NCBI GenBank assembly: GCA_030390025.1
Contig: CM059432.1
Coordinates: 142,540,001 to 142,604,000 of the forward strand
From: Squalus acanthias
Lineage: Eukaryota
Direction: 5' to 3'
DNA: 64,000 nt
The position numbers and the translations under genes are program-made. This document shows, piece by piece, positions 11,583-24,461 of the stretch (the first letter of the stretch is position 1; each line of letters begins with the position of its first letter). The notes beneath the pieces are model-generated. The model did not search any database. It saw only the letters and a program-made list of their open reading frames with translations, and was not told where the DNA came from.

Positions 11583-13100
11583 CTGGGCTGAATTTTGCCG
11601 GCGTTCAGAGGCGGGTCCACTGCCAACATCCAAAAGATTGACAGCGGGACGGTCTCCCGCTCTAAACCCACCTCCCGTGAGCTTCCCTAGTGCCGGCTCT
11701 GCCTGCGCTTTGCAGACACGGCACTAAGCAGTGGCTCATGCAATTGTGCTGGTTAAGAGGCTGTTTAAAGCAATTTAATCAGCATTTTCCCAGGTTTTCC
11801 ACAAGGTTCCCGTTGCTCGGGGATCACGCCAGGTAAGTATGTCGGGTTCTGAACAACTCTCCATTTCTTTCAATCGGTGACAGCTGCAAAAGTGGTTTAA
11901 AAGCTACCAGTTCACAGCTGCTCACTTTCCAATCTCAGAAGCTGGAGCATTAATGGTTTGGAACCCACTTTTGAGCTTTATGCACTTTTGAAATGTTTGG
12001 AGTAATCTCTCTATCCAGTGTCACCTCCTTGGAACAACCTATCTCAACATTGACAGATCACTTCTGTCATCTCAACCTCACCTGCCATCCATTCCATCAG
12101 CATCGGTGCCCTTGAAAAAATCTCACCTTGGTCCTCAGAATCCCACCACGATCAGCCCCAACACCAGCAGCACCAACATCCACACCAACCTTCTCCGCAA
12201 TCAACTGGTGCTGCACAGGACATCATCACCCGACCACATTGCTGCCCGGGATGCAGCCATGGCCAGATTTACTTCACTTGATGTTGTACACCCTGGCTGC
12301 CACATGATGCGCCAGGTTGGCACCACCTCACACCAGCAACATAAAGCATCACTACAATGCCCAAACCATTCTTTTCACACCTATCACCATTGCGGGGGGT
12401 ATCGTTATGTCTCAGCATTCACTGCAACTCACTAAGACACTTCCAAAGGTGCACACAGATCTGTCCAAGAATGCAAAGTGTTGAAAATAAAGATTTCAAT
12501 GTTTGACAGCACATTAACAGAAACTTCACATGAACATTGGCTAAAACACACAAGTGCCTACCCTTGTGTGTTGTTAGTTGGTATGCTTGCAGTAGGTTGA
12601 GGGTGAATGTGAGGGGTGGCTAGTGAGATGGGGAAGTGATAATGTAGATGGAGAGGGATGGGTGGAGGTGCAAGGTAAGTTGGTGTGAGTAAGGATGTGT
12701 AGGGTAGGGAAGGCAGAGTGATGGGGATGTGATGAGTGGCACAGCAGGATGAGGTTGAGTGTGGCTTTGCAGTAACGTTTCGTGATCTACTGAGATCATT
12801 GAAAGGTTTGTGCCACTGCAGCCTGGTCCTCCTGACAACATCCCTGCTTGTGTTCTCCTGTGCAATGTGCAACCAGGCTGTGTTGGTCTCCTGGGAAGGT
12901 CTCTTCTGTCCATTGGAAGGGAAGAGAGCCTCTCTACGGGCTGACTCCCCCCATATGCATATGGAGAGAATCATGGGAGAGCCTGGGTGCAGCCGTGCAC
13001 CTCTGTGCAGTGCTTGTCAGGGTTTGCAGCACCTCAATGCTGTAGAACACTGACAGCACAACTGTCAAAATGAATGTGGACATGGCCCCTTTAAGGAAAC
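11583..13100. mobile_element. Degenerate PIF/Harbinger-type DNA transposon remnant with Myb/SANT-like segment
   Basis: Minus ORF 12558..12974 contains REALFP..KRP...AWLHIAQE.TS..VVRRT.LQW.K.FNDL, resembling the Myb/SANT-like domain of Harbinger accessory proteins; element starts gggctgaatttt. Boundaries uncertain. Confidence 0.55.
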
Positions 13101-13104
13101 CAGC

Positions 13105-13295
13105 TCTCAACCAATCAACATCGCTCAAACAGATTGTCTGGTCATTATCTCATTGCTGTTTGTGGGAGCTTGCTGTGCGCAAATTGGCTGCCGCGTTTCC
13201 TGCATTACAACAGTGACTGCACTTCAGAGGTACGCCATTGGTTGGAAAGCGCTTTGGGACATCCTGAAAGGCGCTATGGAAATGCAAGTTCTTTT
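13105..13295 (+). mobile_element. DeuSINE 3' fragment
   Basis: Matches the DeuSINE central domain and tail. Confidence 0.75.
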
Positions 13296-14639
13296 TGTGT
13301 TGTTCAGTGCCACACCACATGGTCCATTTACCCACTCAATCATCAGGTGGTTCCACTCTTCGAATTCTGCACTGTAGTTTTGATTTGCACTAGACTTGAT
13401 TTGTTGCAGAAATTCGCAGCCTTGCTCTCATCCCTCACCGCTGTCCCATTAATCCCCACATGGCTTTGAGGCAACCCCCTGTCATTTCACACAAATCACT
13501 GCGAGTTTCTTACTTGGCACGGGAGCTTGTCAAAATGTTTTCTCTTTCATTCTTTCAGCTGGTACCCATTGTTCCAATGAACGATTTAATTGTATTTTGA
13601 TGTGTCGTAAATACCAAGCTGTCTCCTATTCTAAATAAAGATGTATTACATCACGGAGCTCAGTCGCACACACTTCCTTTCCTTCTGCAAGCTGCAACAG
13701 GTGTTATGGATTCCACGGAAGAAAATAAACTTTATTGCTTTTAAATTCTTTGCTGCGACTGATGTTTGAAATCTTGTCTTGTGCACCTCACTGTTTGGAC
13801 GCCAACAGCAGCAGAAAGGGCCCACATCTGGTTCAACTCAGAATGCGCTGTGTGCCAGATAACCGGGAATGATCCGGGTTCACCAGAGGAACAAAACACT
13901 CCACAATTATGCTGGGAGCACAAAGATTTCTGACCACTTTTCTCATTCATTTTGGGTCAGACCATTGCGATGACAACCCTTCGAAGATTGTGTAGTTAGC
14001 AGAGAGATGACAGCTCGCCATATTTTTTATTAGCACGGACCAGGGCTTAGAAACAGAGAAGTGATTCCAAAGCGGGAGCATGTGAATTCTGACAACTAAC
14101 AGCTCAATTGTTTATTAGCTGGACAAATGGAGGCACAAGTAAAGCAAACAGGAAACCTTTTTATCGTATAAACCTTTTTAGGGATCTGTCCGCGTGTCCC
14201 AGAAACTCAGATTTTACATCTCCCAAGTACATTGAACAAGAGCCCTCGTCAAAAATAAAAAGGTTTTAACCAAACGAGGTGTAGGTGGGAAAAGAGTGAA
14301 ATACAACATCAGTTGTAAAACAAAGAGATAACCCACAACATAAAGAGGTTGATTGAAAGACAGAGTGGCTTCGCCCACTATCCTCTCACCTCTGGGTCAT
14401 GGGTTCGGATCCTGCCCAGACCAACGGGATGAAAAGTTCTCTGCTACTTATGCTTGTGCAGTCTCAGCAAGACCCACAGCACAAAACTGCCAGTAATTCT
14501 ATGCTAATTCAGCTGTTTCTCTCCTTCGCTTTACAATCAAGCCAAACCTCCGCCTACCACCCGTCCCTGTGCCCCTCCTCTTACAGCCCTGAACCCTCAT
14601 ATCTATCTCGTTCTCCCCCAACTCCCTGCCCCAACCACC

Positions 14640-16051
14640 TTCTCCAATCTCATTTCATCCGTGAGACCCACTCGGTGCCCCTCAACCCCAATTTCACTAA
14701 ACTCCTGACCACCCAACTTCCCTTCCTGGGCCCCACATTATCTGACATTGTAAATGGTTCCCTTTCCTCAGACACTGCCCCTACCCTTTTCAAAATTGGC
14801 ATCATCACCTTCCTCTTCCAAAAAAAAACACCCTTGACCCCTCTGATCCTCCCTCACTGACCCTATATCATCTCCAACCTCCCTTTCCTCTCTAAGGTCC
14901 TTGAACATGCTGTTGGTCTCCCAACTCCATGCCCATCTCTCTCGCAACTCCGTTTGTATTTCTCCAATCAGGTTTCATCCTCTGCCACAGCAGCAAGATG
15001 GTTCTAAGCAGTCACGAACAACATCCTCTGCGACTTCAACAGAGTTGACCACACCATCCCCCTCCAGCGCCTCTCCTCCATCGTCCAGATCGGTGGGACT
15101 GCCCTTGCCTGGTTCCACTCTTACCTGTTAAATTGTAGCCAGAGCATCTCCAGTAATGGCTTCTCTTCCCCGTCCCCGCACCGTTATCTTGGGATCCATC
15201 CATGGATCTGTCCTTTGGCCCCCTCCCCTCTTCCTCATCTATGCGCTGTTGTGCGGTGACATCCGGGGGGGGGTGGTGTTTGGCTGGTGCATGGCCCCGT
15301 GCGAAGGTTGGGTTTGGGCACTTGATGCGTTTTAGTCCCCTGACTATGCAAGCGCGTGGGTTTCACGACCCTCACACCACCCCGGTCACATCATCCGCTG
15401 ACATGGGGCCAGTTTCCACATGTCTGCTGAGAACACCCAGCTCCACCACTCCACCACATCCCTCGACCCCTCCACTGCCTCTGTGTTGTCAGATTGCTTA
15501 GAATTGTACAGCACAGAAGGAGGCCATTCGGCCTGTTATGCCTGCACTGGCTCTTTGAAAGAGTGATCCAATTTAATCCCACTCCCCATAGCACTGCAAA
15601 TTTTTTCTCTTCCAAGTATTTATCCAATTCCCTTTTGAAAGTTCCTATGGAATCTGATTCCACCACCTTTTAAGGTAGGGCATTCCAGATCTTAACAACC
15701 CTCTGTGTGAAAAAAATTCTCCTTTCTCCTCTAGTTCTTTTGCCAATTATTTTAAACGATGACCTCTGGGTACTGACCCACTTGCCAGAGGAAACAGTTT
15801 CCCCCTACTTGTTCTATCAAAACCCCTTGTAATTTTGAACATCTCTATTAGGTCTCCCCTTAACCTCTTTGCTCCAAGGACAACAATCCCAGCTTCTCCA
15901 ATCTCTCATCATAAATGGCTTGTCCGAGAGCCAGTATAGGATGAACCGTAATTTTTTTTCCAGCTAAACATGGGAAGACTGAAGCCATCGTCTCCAGCCC
16001 CTGCTACAAACTCCATACCCTCACCATTAAATCCATGCCCCTTCCTCCCTG

Positions 16052-16082
<31 letters not shown>

Positions 16083-16205
16083 GAGTTGAGCCAGACTGTG
16101 CGCAGCCTCAGTGTCCCCAGTTGATCCTCTCCAGCCTCCCATCCTCCCGACACATCAGCTTATCCAAAACTCTGCTATCCCACACCAACTGCCACTCGTC
16201 CATCA
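14640..16205 (+). mobile_element. Old L2 LINE ORF2 remnant with nested insertions (MITE 15264-15384; CR1 15499-15910 minus)
   Basis: LSDIVNGSLSS, tctccaacctccctttcctctctaaggtccttgaa (ISNLPFLSKVLE) and LQLN.GKTEAI-like segments typical of L2 RT. Confidence 0.7.
15264..15384. mobile_element. 121-bp MITE with short TIRs and 8-bp TSD (hAT-like)
   Basis: Left cggg(g)n-tggtgt, right acaccaccccg; flanks gtgacatc (15256-15263) and gtcacatc (15385-15392); host L2 continuous after removal. Confidence 0.6.
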
Positions 16206-16615
16206 TCCCTTGAGTTTAGAAGGTTGAGGAGTGATCTGATCGAGGTATTTAAAATGTTAAAAGGATTTGATAGGGTAGATACGGAGAAACTACTTCCTCT
16301 GGTGGGGGGCGTCCAGAACAAAGGGGGCGTAACCTTAAAATTAGAGCCAGGCCGTTCAGGAGTGAAATCAGGAAGCACTTTTTCACACGAAGAGTAGTGG
16401 AAATCTGGAACTCTCTCCCCCAAAAGGCTGTGGGTGCTGGGGGTCAATTAGAGCTTTCAAGACTGAGATGGATAGATTTTTTTTGGGTTAGGGTATCAAG
16501 GCATGTTGAGCAAAGGCGGTTAAATGGAGCTGAGGTACAGATCAGCCAGGATCTAACTGAATGGTGCAACAGGCTCGAGGGGCTGAATGGCCTCCTCCTG
16601 TTCTTAATGTTCCTG
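16205..16615 (+). mobile_element. CR1 3' end
   Basis: RRLRSDLIEVFKM...VVEIWNSLPQKAV and 3' UTR. Confidence 0.85.
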
Positions 16616-17794
16616 CCTCAGGATCTCGATCTCACTGTGCTGCTAAGTCCCAGCATTTAATTCGCTTTTATAAAATGGAACAGCAGAGGATCCCACGGGA
16701 AGCTCTTTGTAAGCAAGGTTACCCTAGGGCTCAAAGCCCTCGATTAAAACAGGCCCTATACTTTTAATAGAGGACTTTCATTCTGACATGAATGGTTGGA
16801 TAATCCCACTCCCCAAAACACTCTCTGGTTCTCCAACAAGACACTTGCAAATTGCACACCAGGGCAGGCTGTGGAGAGAGAAAGACAATAGTAAGAGAAA
16901 AAGAAAGAAAAGGAGAGAAATGAAATGTGTAAAAAGAAGTAAGAGACTGTACATACAGCACCTGGACATTGCCAACAGTCTAGATGCCAGGTGCAGTCCC
17001 CACTTTCAGCTAACGTTACATCACTGCCAGGAGCTGCCAATATACAGCTTGCAACTGAGGACTGCAAACCTTGTATTAGTCCAATGCTGGGAGGTCTGAT
17101 TGCAGTGCAGTGCAGTGTTTTTAATAATAGGCACAGTGCCTAATGGCAGGGATGACTTGTTGTAACAGTGCAATGCAATATTTAATTGCAGGATACTATG
17201 ACAGGATAGATAGCCTTGTTTGAGAAAGCTGGAGTTTTGACATACCAATCCTGGAAGACTAATTACACCTGTCCCAGGTGTGTGTGTGTGTGCGGCACAA
17301 AGTATTTATTACTGAGAATGAACAGTTACAAATAACTATTTACTCTTGCACATTACTGTGGGTTAATAGTCCATCAATAGGTTGCAGGTGCATTCCAAAC
17401 ACCACACCTACCCTGTAAACTCATTGTAGGTGTATTCGCAGTGTCCTATTAGCCTCTTGTAGTCTACCCTAAATTTCAGGAATACCAAAGAATCCCATTA
17501 TGTAATGTGTAGTCCCCATTAACAGGTTGAGATGTGTTACACTTCTGCATACTGTAGAATGGGCATCTTATAACATGACATAAATTCAATTTTAGACTTA
17601 GACCCCCATAATGGCCAATCCTGTCCACCTATAAATTGCACTGTGTACAAAGTGTCTTGAGAGGTTTTTGAGAGAGGTAATAAGGTGTTGGTTAAATGCA
17701 AGTCTTCTTTTCTATAAGTGTTCTCTTAAAGGGGATCCACTGTAAACCATAAAAAGGCCCAGATTAATGAGACAATGGGGAATGTAAATGGTTC

Positions 17795-18266
17795 ACACCA
17801 AGTCCCGTTCACCCATCACCCCCTGTGCTCGCTGACCTACATTGGCTCCCGGTCCGGCAAGACCTTGAATTTGTAAATTCTCATCCTTGTTTTCAAATCC
17901 CTCCATGGCCTCGCCCCTTCCTATCTCTGTAACCTCCTACAGCCCGCAACCCTCCGAGATCTCTGCGCTCCTCCAATTCTGACCTCTTGTGCATCGCATC
18001 CCCTGATTTTCACCACTCCACCATTGGCAGCCGTAGCTTTAGCTGCCTTGGCCCCAAGCTCTGGAATGCCCTCCCTAAAACTTTCCGCCTCTCTCTCCTT
18101 ATGCAAGACCTCCTTAAAACCTAACTCTTTGACCAAGCTTTTGGTCATCTGCCCTAATATCTCCTCATGTGGCTCGGTGTCAAATTTTGTTTGATAACGC
18201 TCCTGTGCAGCGCCTTGGGACGTTTTACTACATTAAAGGCGCTGTATAAATACAAGTTGTTGTTGC
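17795..18266 (+). mobile_element. L2 LINE 3' end
   Basis: ITPVLADLHWLP...LWNALP...FKTLLKT-type coding remnant and (TTG)n tail. Confidence 0.8.
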
Positions 18267-18859
18267 TGTCTCTGCACTGTGCAAATATGATGCGAGTAGC
18301 ACTTTGGAGCAAACTATATCACTGCCTAGTCACTAAACCGTACTGCTTACCTATATATATATCAGAACTCACAAGGCAGTAACACAGAGCGGGCTTCAAA
18401 CAACATAATTAACACCAGCAATGTTTTAACAGTTTACCAGCATCACCAAACCCTGAGATATGCCACGTCCTTGGAACACAGTCAAGCTGATTGTCAGCAA
18501 GACAGCCAGAATCCAACAATCTACTCGGGATGCCGATTGAAGAGAGCTATGGAGGGTCAATGTTCAGCTACTACACCACATGCCCAATTAAAATGAAAAA
18601 TTCAGTAAAAAATAAAATGCAATATGCTACAACTGTCAGAGTGATGATTAGAACTAAAAAGATACAGCCAGCAATTGGTAAGTTACTGATGCTGCACCTC
18701 CCAAACCCGCAACCTCCACCAACTATAGGGACAAGGGCAGCAGGTGCATGGGAACACCACCACCTCCAAGTTCCCCTCCAAGTCACACACCATCCTGACT
18801 TGGAAATATATCAACTGTTCCTTCATCGTCGCTGGGTCACAATCCCTACCTAACATGCA

Positions 18860-19262
18860 AGAACATAAGAAATAGGAGCAGAGTAGGTCATACGGCCCCT
18901 CGAGCCTGCTCCGCCATTCAATAAGATCATGGCTGATCTTCTACCTCAACTCCACTTTCCCGCACTATCCCCATATCCCTTGATTTCCTTAGTGCCCAAA
19001 AATCTATCGCTCTTAGTCTTGAATATACTCAATGACTAACCCAGAGAGCTGTGGAGGCTCAGAGAATTCCAAAGATTCACAACCCTCTGAGTGAAGAAAT
19101 TTATCCTCATCTCAGTCCTAAATGGCCAACCCCTTATCCAGAGACTATGACCCCTGGTTCTAGACTCTCCAGCCAGGGGAAACGTCCTCCCTGCATCTAC
19201 CCTGTCAAGCCCTGTAAGAATTGTATACGTTTCAATGAGATCACCTCTCATTCTTCTTAACT
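18860..19262 (-). mobile_element. CR1 3' end nested in another LINE tail
   Basis: ORF 19036..19269 is CR1 C-terminal; flanked by the two parts of the 1005-1460-type element. Confidence 0.85.
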
Positions 19263-20139
19263 TCACCACATGGACTACAGTGGTTTCTCAAGGCCCACCA
19301 CCACCTTCTCAAGGCGCAACTAGGAAAGGACACCAAATGCCGGCCTTGCCTATATCATGAGAATGAATTTTTTTTTTTAAAAAGCTCTGTGATTACAAAC
19401 CCATAAGTGGATGTTGAGCTTTAATTTGTCAGTGAGGTTTCTCGTGATGAATCTATCAGCTCTTGGCTATGTCACGACAGGAGACAAGGTACTCAGGAAG
19501 CTTTCCCACCCAAGGCCTCGAGACAATAATCTAGCTCACCTGTTTCTGCTTTCTGACAGATGTTGCTTTCTTGCTGCCAGGTCGTTTTGAAGTTTCTTGG
19601 CTTGAGATTTCAAGAGGTGAAGAGGCTAATAAAAGGATGGAATTTTTTTTTAAATAAAAAGGACAAACAACAATCAGAAAAAGCAAGAGTCAGTTGACTG
19701 ATTATGACTTGCACGCAAACCCATGGAATATTTAAATGCATTAGAACACTACTGTGTAGATGAATTTCAAAATATTGTGCGGCATTCAGCTGCTTCTAAT
19801 CCAACGCACAGCCACAGTGAGATGATGGCCATGTAGCTTACTGTAATCCTGCTACTGTGAAAAAGTGTGGGCTGATCCACTAAAGCCATTCACTGTGAAG
19901 AGGACCTGCAAGAGAATTTGTGCTCAATGGTATTGTCTAGGATTTAAACCGCTTGTTTACGTGTAGATATCCAGTGAAGTACATGATAGGCTTAATGTGG
20001 ATACTGATTAGTATCATCAGCTTAAGGCTCAGGCTCCTGTCCTCAGAAACCTTTCCCGGCCTTCGTCCTAGGGCATTTGCACTCTGGTGCCTGAGTCAGC
20101 ACTCACTGACTGAAAAGGAGAACACTTAAAGCCCCCCTC

Positions 20140-20640
20140 ATTTACACAGGCCATTCAGCCCAACTGGTCCATGCTCCACACGAGCCTCCTCCCGCCCCAT
20201 TTCATCGAACCCTATCAGCCTAATGTTCTATTCCTTTCTCTCTCATATACTTATCTAGCTTCCCCTTAAATGCTAGTTGCCTCAGCCACTCCCTGTGGTA
20301 GCGAGTTCCACATTCTCACCACTCTCTGGGTAAACAAGTTTCGCCCGAATTCACTATTGGATTTATGGGTGACTGTCTTATATTTATGGCCCCTAGTTTT
20401 GGCCTCTCTCACAAGTGGAAACATCTTCTCTACGTCTATCCTATCGAACCCTTTCATAATCTTAAAGACCTCAATCAGGCCACCCCTCAGCCTTCTCTTT
20501 TCTAGAGAAAAGAGCCCCAGCCTGTTTAATCTTTCCTGATAGATAAAACCTCTCATTTCTGGTATTATCATTGTAAAAAAATGTTGCAACTTCTCCAGTG
20601 CCTCCATATCCTTCTTGAAATATGGAGACCAGAACTGTGC
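20140..20640 (-). mobile_element. CR1 3' region
   Basis: C-terminal part of ORF 20266..20928. Confidence 0.85.
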
Positions 20641-20895
20641 ACAGTACTCCAAGTGTGGTCTAACCAAGGTATATGGAGGCCAGAACCATGCACAGTACTC
20701 CAAGTGTGGTCTAACCAAGGTATATGGAGACCAGAACTGTGCACAGTGCTCCAAGTGTGGTCTAACCAAGGTATATGGAGACCAGAACTGTGCACAGTGC
20801 TCCAAGTGTGGTCTAACCAAGGTATATGGAGACCAGAACTGTGCACAGTACTCCAAGTGTGGTCTAACCAAGGTATATGGAGACCAGAACTGTGC
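20621..20895. repeat. 51-bp CR1-derived tandem repeat, about 5.3 copies
   Basis: Unit ggagaccagaactgtgcacagtactccaagtgtggtctaaccaaggtatat starts at 20624, 20675, 20726, 20777, 20828 and 20879. Confidence 0.95.
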
Positions 20896-21599
20896 GTCAT
20901 CAGTTATGAGCAGGTAGAGCACTGACACAAGAGTTGCAACTACCTTAACCCAAAATAAACTTCACAGGCAGACGCGCAGCTAGTTTCTCCAGCTTTGATA
21001 TTGAGACACGAGCAGCGAACTTGCTGGAATTTCCAGACAATAAGACCAATGATTAGAGAATTATGGCTCGTAATTTTAATTTTCATAAAAAACGATCTAG
21101 GAAAGTCGTCTGTAATTACAATGGTTGACTAGAACTTCTACAATTTCAGAAAAATCCTTTCTAGTTGGAGTTCAAACCGTCTGAAACTTATTAGAACAAA
21201 ATGAAAAAATACACCACAAAATATCTAAGACAGACCATCAATTAACACAACGGGAGTATGGCACAGCTGCTTATTTGGGTCTAAATTAGTTCAATATTAA
21301 CTTCTTAATCCAGGTCTGTCTTCCATGACACAATGGTTTGAAATATTGCCTTATAATAAGCCTTTACAAGTTAAGAATCTTCATTAAATTACTGTGTTTC
21401 AACTCTTCAATAACAATCAGTTCAAAATATGGAAAAGATTCCCCCATCAATCACTTGGATGTAGAAAACAAAACGTATCAGTTTCTTTGGTGGATTTGAG
21501 ATGAAACCTGTTACTCAGTTTCAATGTTTTACGCCATATTTCCTTTCACAAAATGTATGTTGTCTAAATGGCGTCTTATTAAGACAAGTTGTGATTCTA

Positions 21600-22370
21600 C
21601 AACAACTTGCATTTATATAGCACCTTTAATGAAATAACATGTCCCAAGGCGCTTCACTGGAGCGTAATCAGACAAAATTTTGACACCGAGCCAAAGAAGG
21701 AGATATTAGTACGGATGACCAAATGCTTGGTCAAAGAGGTAGGTTTTAAAGAGCGTCATAGAAACATAGAAGATAGGAGCAGGAGTAGGCCATTCAGCCC
21801 CTCGAGCCTGCTCCGCCATTCAATGAGATCATGGCTGATCATCCAAATTCAGTACCCTGTCCCTGCTTTCTCCCCATATCCCTTGATCCCTTTAGCTTTA
21901 AGAAATATATCTAACTCCTTCTTGAATATATTTAATGAATTGGCCTCAACTGCCTTCTGTGGTAGAGAATTCCACAGGTTCACCACTCTCTGGGTGAAGA
22001 AATTCCTCCTCATTTCAGTCCTAAATGGCTTACCCCTTATCCTTAGACTGTGACCCCTGGTTCTGGACTCCCCGGCCATCGGGAACATCCTTCCTGCATC
22101 TAGTCTGTCTAGTCCTGTTAGAATTTTATAAGTTTCAATGAGATCCCCTCTCATTCTTCTAAACTCCATACAGAAGGAGAGGTAGAGAGGCGGAGAGGTT
22201 TAGGGAGGAAATTCCAGAGCTCAGGGCCCAGGCAGCTGAAGGCACAGCCGCCAATAGTGGGGGCGAAGAAAATCGGGGATGCTCAAGAGGTCAGAATTGG
22301 AGGCGTGCAGAGATCTGGGAGGACTGGAAGAGGTTACAGAGATAGGGGAGAGGCCATGGAGGGATTTGAA
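21600..22370 (-). mobile_element. L2 3' end with a young CR1 (21757-22167) nested in it
   Basis: ORF 21849..22169 is CR1; cata is repeated at both junctions; L2 resumes at about 22170. Confidence 0.85.
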
Positions 22371-22579
22371 TCAATCACTCATGAAGTAAATAACAATAAC
22401 AATCCATCACTGGGATAAAAATACCGACGGGATTTCAGGGTGCTCAAGCTTTCTATCGCTCAGTTTCGTTTATGAAATATGGAGTCTGACTGTGGAAACA
22501 AGAATGATGCACAAGGTCAATTCTGCTTTTCTGCAATCACTGATACTCCGACGGTCTATATAATCTGCCTGTCAGATTC

Positions 22580-23420
22580 CACACGTACGCTGACGACACC
22601 CAGCTCGAACTCACCACCACCTCTCTCGACCCCTCCACTGCCTATGATGTCACTTTGCTTGTCCGACATCCTGAGCAGAAATTTACTCCAATTAAATATT
22701 AGGAAGATCGAAGTCATTGTCTTCGGCCCCTGCCACAAACTCGGTTCTCTCACCACCGATACCATCCCCCTCCCTGGCCAGTCTCAGGCTGAGCCCTTTT
22801 TGACTCGAGCTGAGCTTCCAACCCCATATCCTTTCCATCACCAAGACTGCCTACTTCCACCTCCGCAATATCTATGACTCTATGACAATATCGCCCGTCT
22901 CTGCCCTCCCTCCACTCATCTGCTGCTGAAACCCTCATCCATGCCTTTGTTACCTCTAGACTTGACTATTCCAACGCTCTCCTGGCCGGCCTCCCATCTT
23001 CCACCCTCCATAAACTTGAGGTCATCCAAAACTCACACCAAGTCCCGCTCACCCATCACCCAGCAATGCCACAGATGTTTAAACTTCTCAAACTTATCTT
23101 CAAATCCCTCCATAGCATTGCTGCTTCCTATCTCTGTAACCTCCTCCAGCCCCACAACCCTCCGAGATCTCTGCGCTCCTCCAATTCTGGCCTCTTGAAC
23201 ATCCCCAATTTTAATTGCTCCACCATTGGCAGCTGCACCTTCAGCTGCCTGGGCCCAAAGCTCTGGAATTCGCTCCCTAAATCTCTCCGCCTCTCTACCT
23301 CTCTCTCCAAGCTTTTGGTCACCTGTCCTAATACCTCCATCTTTGGCTGGGTGACGCTCACGTGAAGCGCCTTGGGATGCCTTACGCCATTAAAGGTGCT
23401 GTCTAAATACAAGTTGTCCT
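22580..23420 (+). mobile_element. L2 LINE 3' region
   Basis: [44 protein letters not shown]. Confidence 0.85.
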
Positions 23421-23946
23421 TGTTACTGTTTCATCCCTTACCTTCTTTCCACTCTACTTATTTGTGATATTAGCGCTTGTAATCCGCCAGTTTTTCACAT
23501 GCTTTTTTCCTGCGAATATTCCCCTTATTTTCTCGGCATCACCACAGATGTAGGGGGATGGCAGTAACTTGAATTTGTATATTCTACACCATGAAATATT
23601 AATGGTACATATACGATCGTTTTTAAAATGTTACTTAACTGATTTCCAGTATATAATGTCATATATTTATTTAAGTGCCTTATGGCATTGTGTCCCCAAT
23701 AGAAATTGCTGACTAGTCATAGGCGTGGCTACAATGTTTCAGCCACATGCACTCACTTAAGTAGAAAACATTACTTTACATTTCCTACATTACAACAGTG
23801 ACCACACTTCAAAAGTACTTCATTGGTTGTGAAGCGCTTTGGGACATCCTGAGGTTGTGAAAGGCGCTGTAGAAATGCCTGCATGTACATGGTCCATGTC
23901 TCTGAGGCATACAGCAGGGCGGGTATCACTGCTGCTCTGTAGACCA

Positions 23947-24461
23947 GCAGCCAGGGGCATTCAGCCTCGGATATGCGGGTAAGCGTTCTCCAAGGCGGCC
24001 TTCGAAATACACGACAGCGCAAAATCATAGAGCAGAAACTGATAGCCAAGTTCCGCACTCATGAGGAGGGCCTCAATCGCGATATCGGGTTCATGTCACG
24101 ATACAGAACGTGACTTGACATCATGGCCGGTCTTCCCAGGTGTTTTTTTTTAAAAAGGCTAACACAAGAACCTACACAGATTGACAGGATATGCAGCCAG
24201 CAGGTGGTTTGACATGTTGGACCCCCTGGGACACATCTCATTGTCTTGGCTATGCTCTTTGATGTGGGAAAGATTTGAATATATTTTGTCTGTGTTTAAA
24301 TTGTGAATTCTGGGAGATTCTCTCACTGCTAAACTTACCTGACGAAGGAGCGAACTGCTCCGAAAGCTTGTAAAATTAAATAAATCTGTTGGACTATAAC
24401 CTGGTGTTGTGCGACTTCTCATTTTTGTCCACCCCAGTCCAACGCCGGCATCTCCACATCA
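23947..24461 (+). mobile_element. Penelope-like element 3' fragment (GIY-YIG C-terminus plus pLTR)
   Basis: Encodes GHSASDMRVSVLQGGLRNTRQRKIIEQKLIAKFRTHEEGLNRDIGFMSRY; flanked by 14-bp duplication tgctctgtagacca. Confidence 0.8.
24335..24373 (+). ncRNA. Minimal type I hammerhead ribozyme motif (PLE family A)
   Basis: TTAC-CTGACGA-A-GGAGC-gaact-GCTCC-GAAA-GC-TT-GTAA: intact core, stem I TTAC/GTAA, stem II GGAGC/GCTCC, palindromic AAGCTT. Confidence 0.7.

Noticed and set aside
17290..17579. Possible solo LTR (minus strand TGTCATG...AATAAA...CA)
   Set aside because: No target-site duplication, PBS or second copy found.
20266..20928. 220-aa ORF with 17-aa repeats as a host gene
   Set aside because: It is CR1 ORF2 remnant plus the tandem array; reported as a repeat finding instead.
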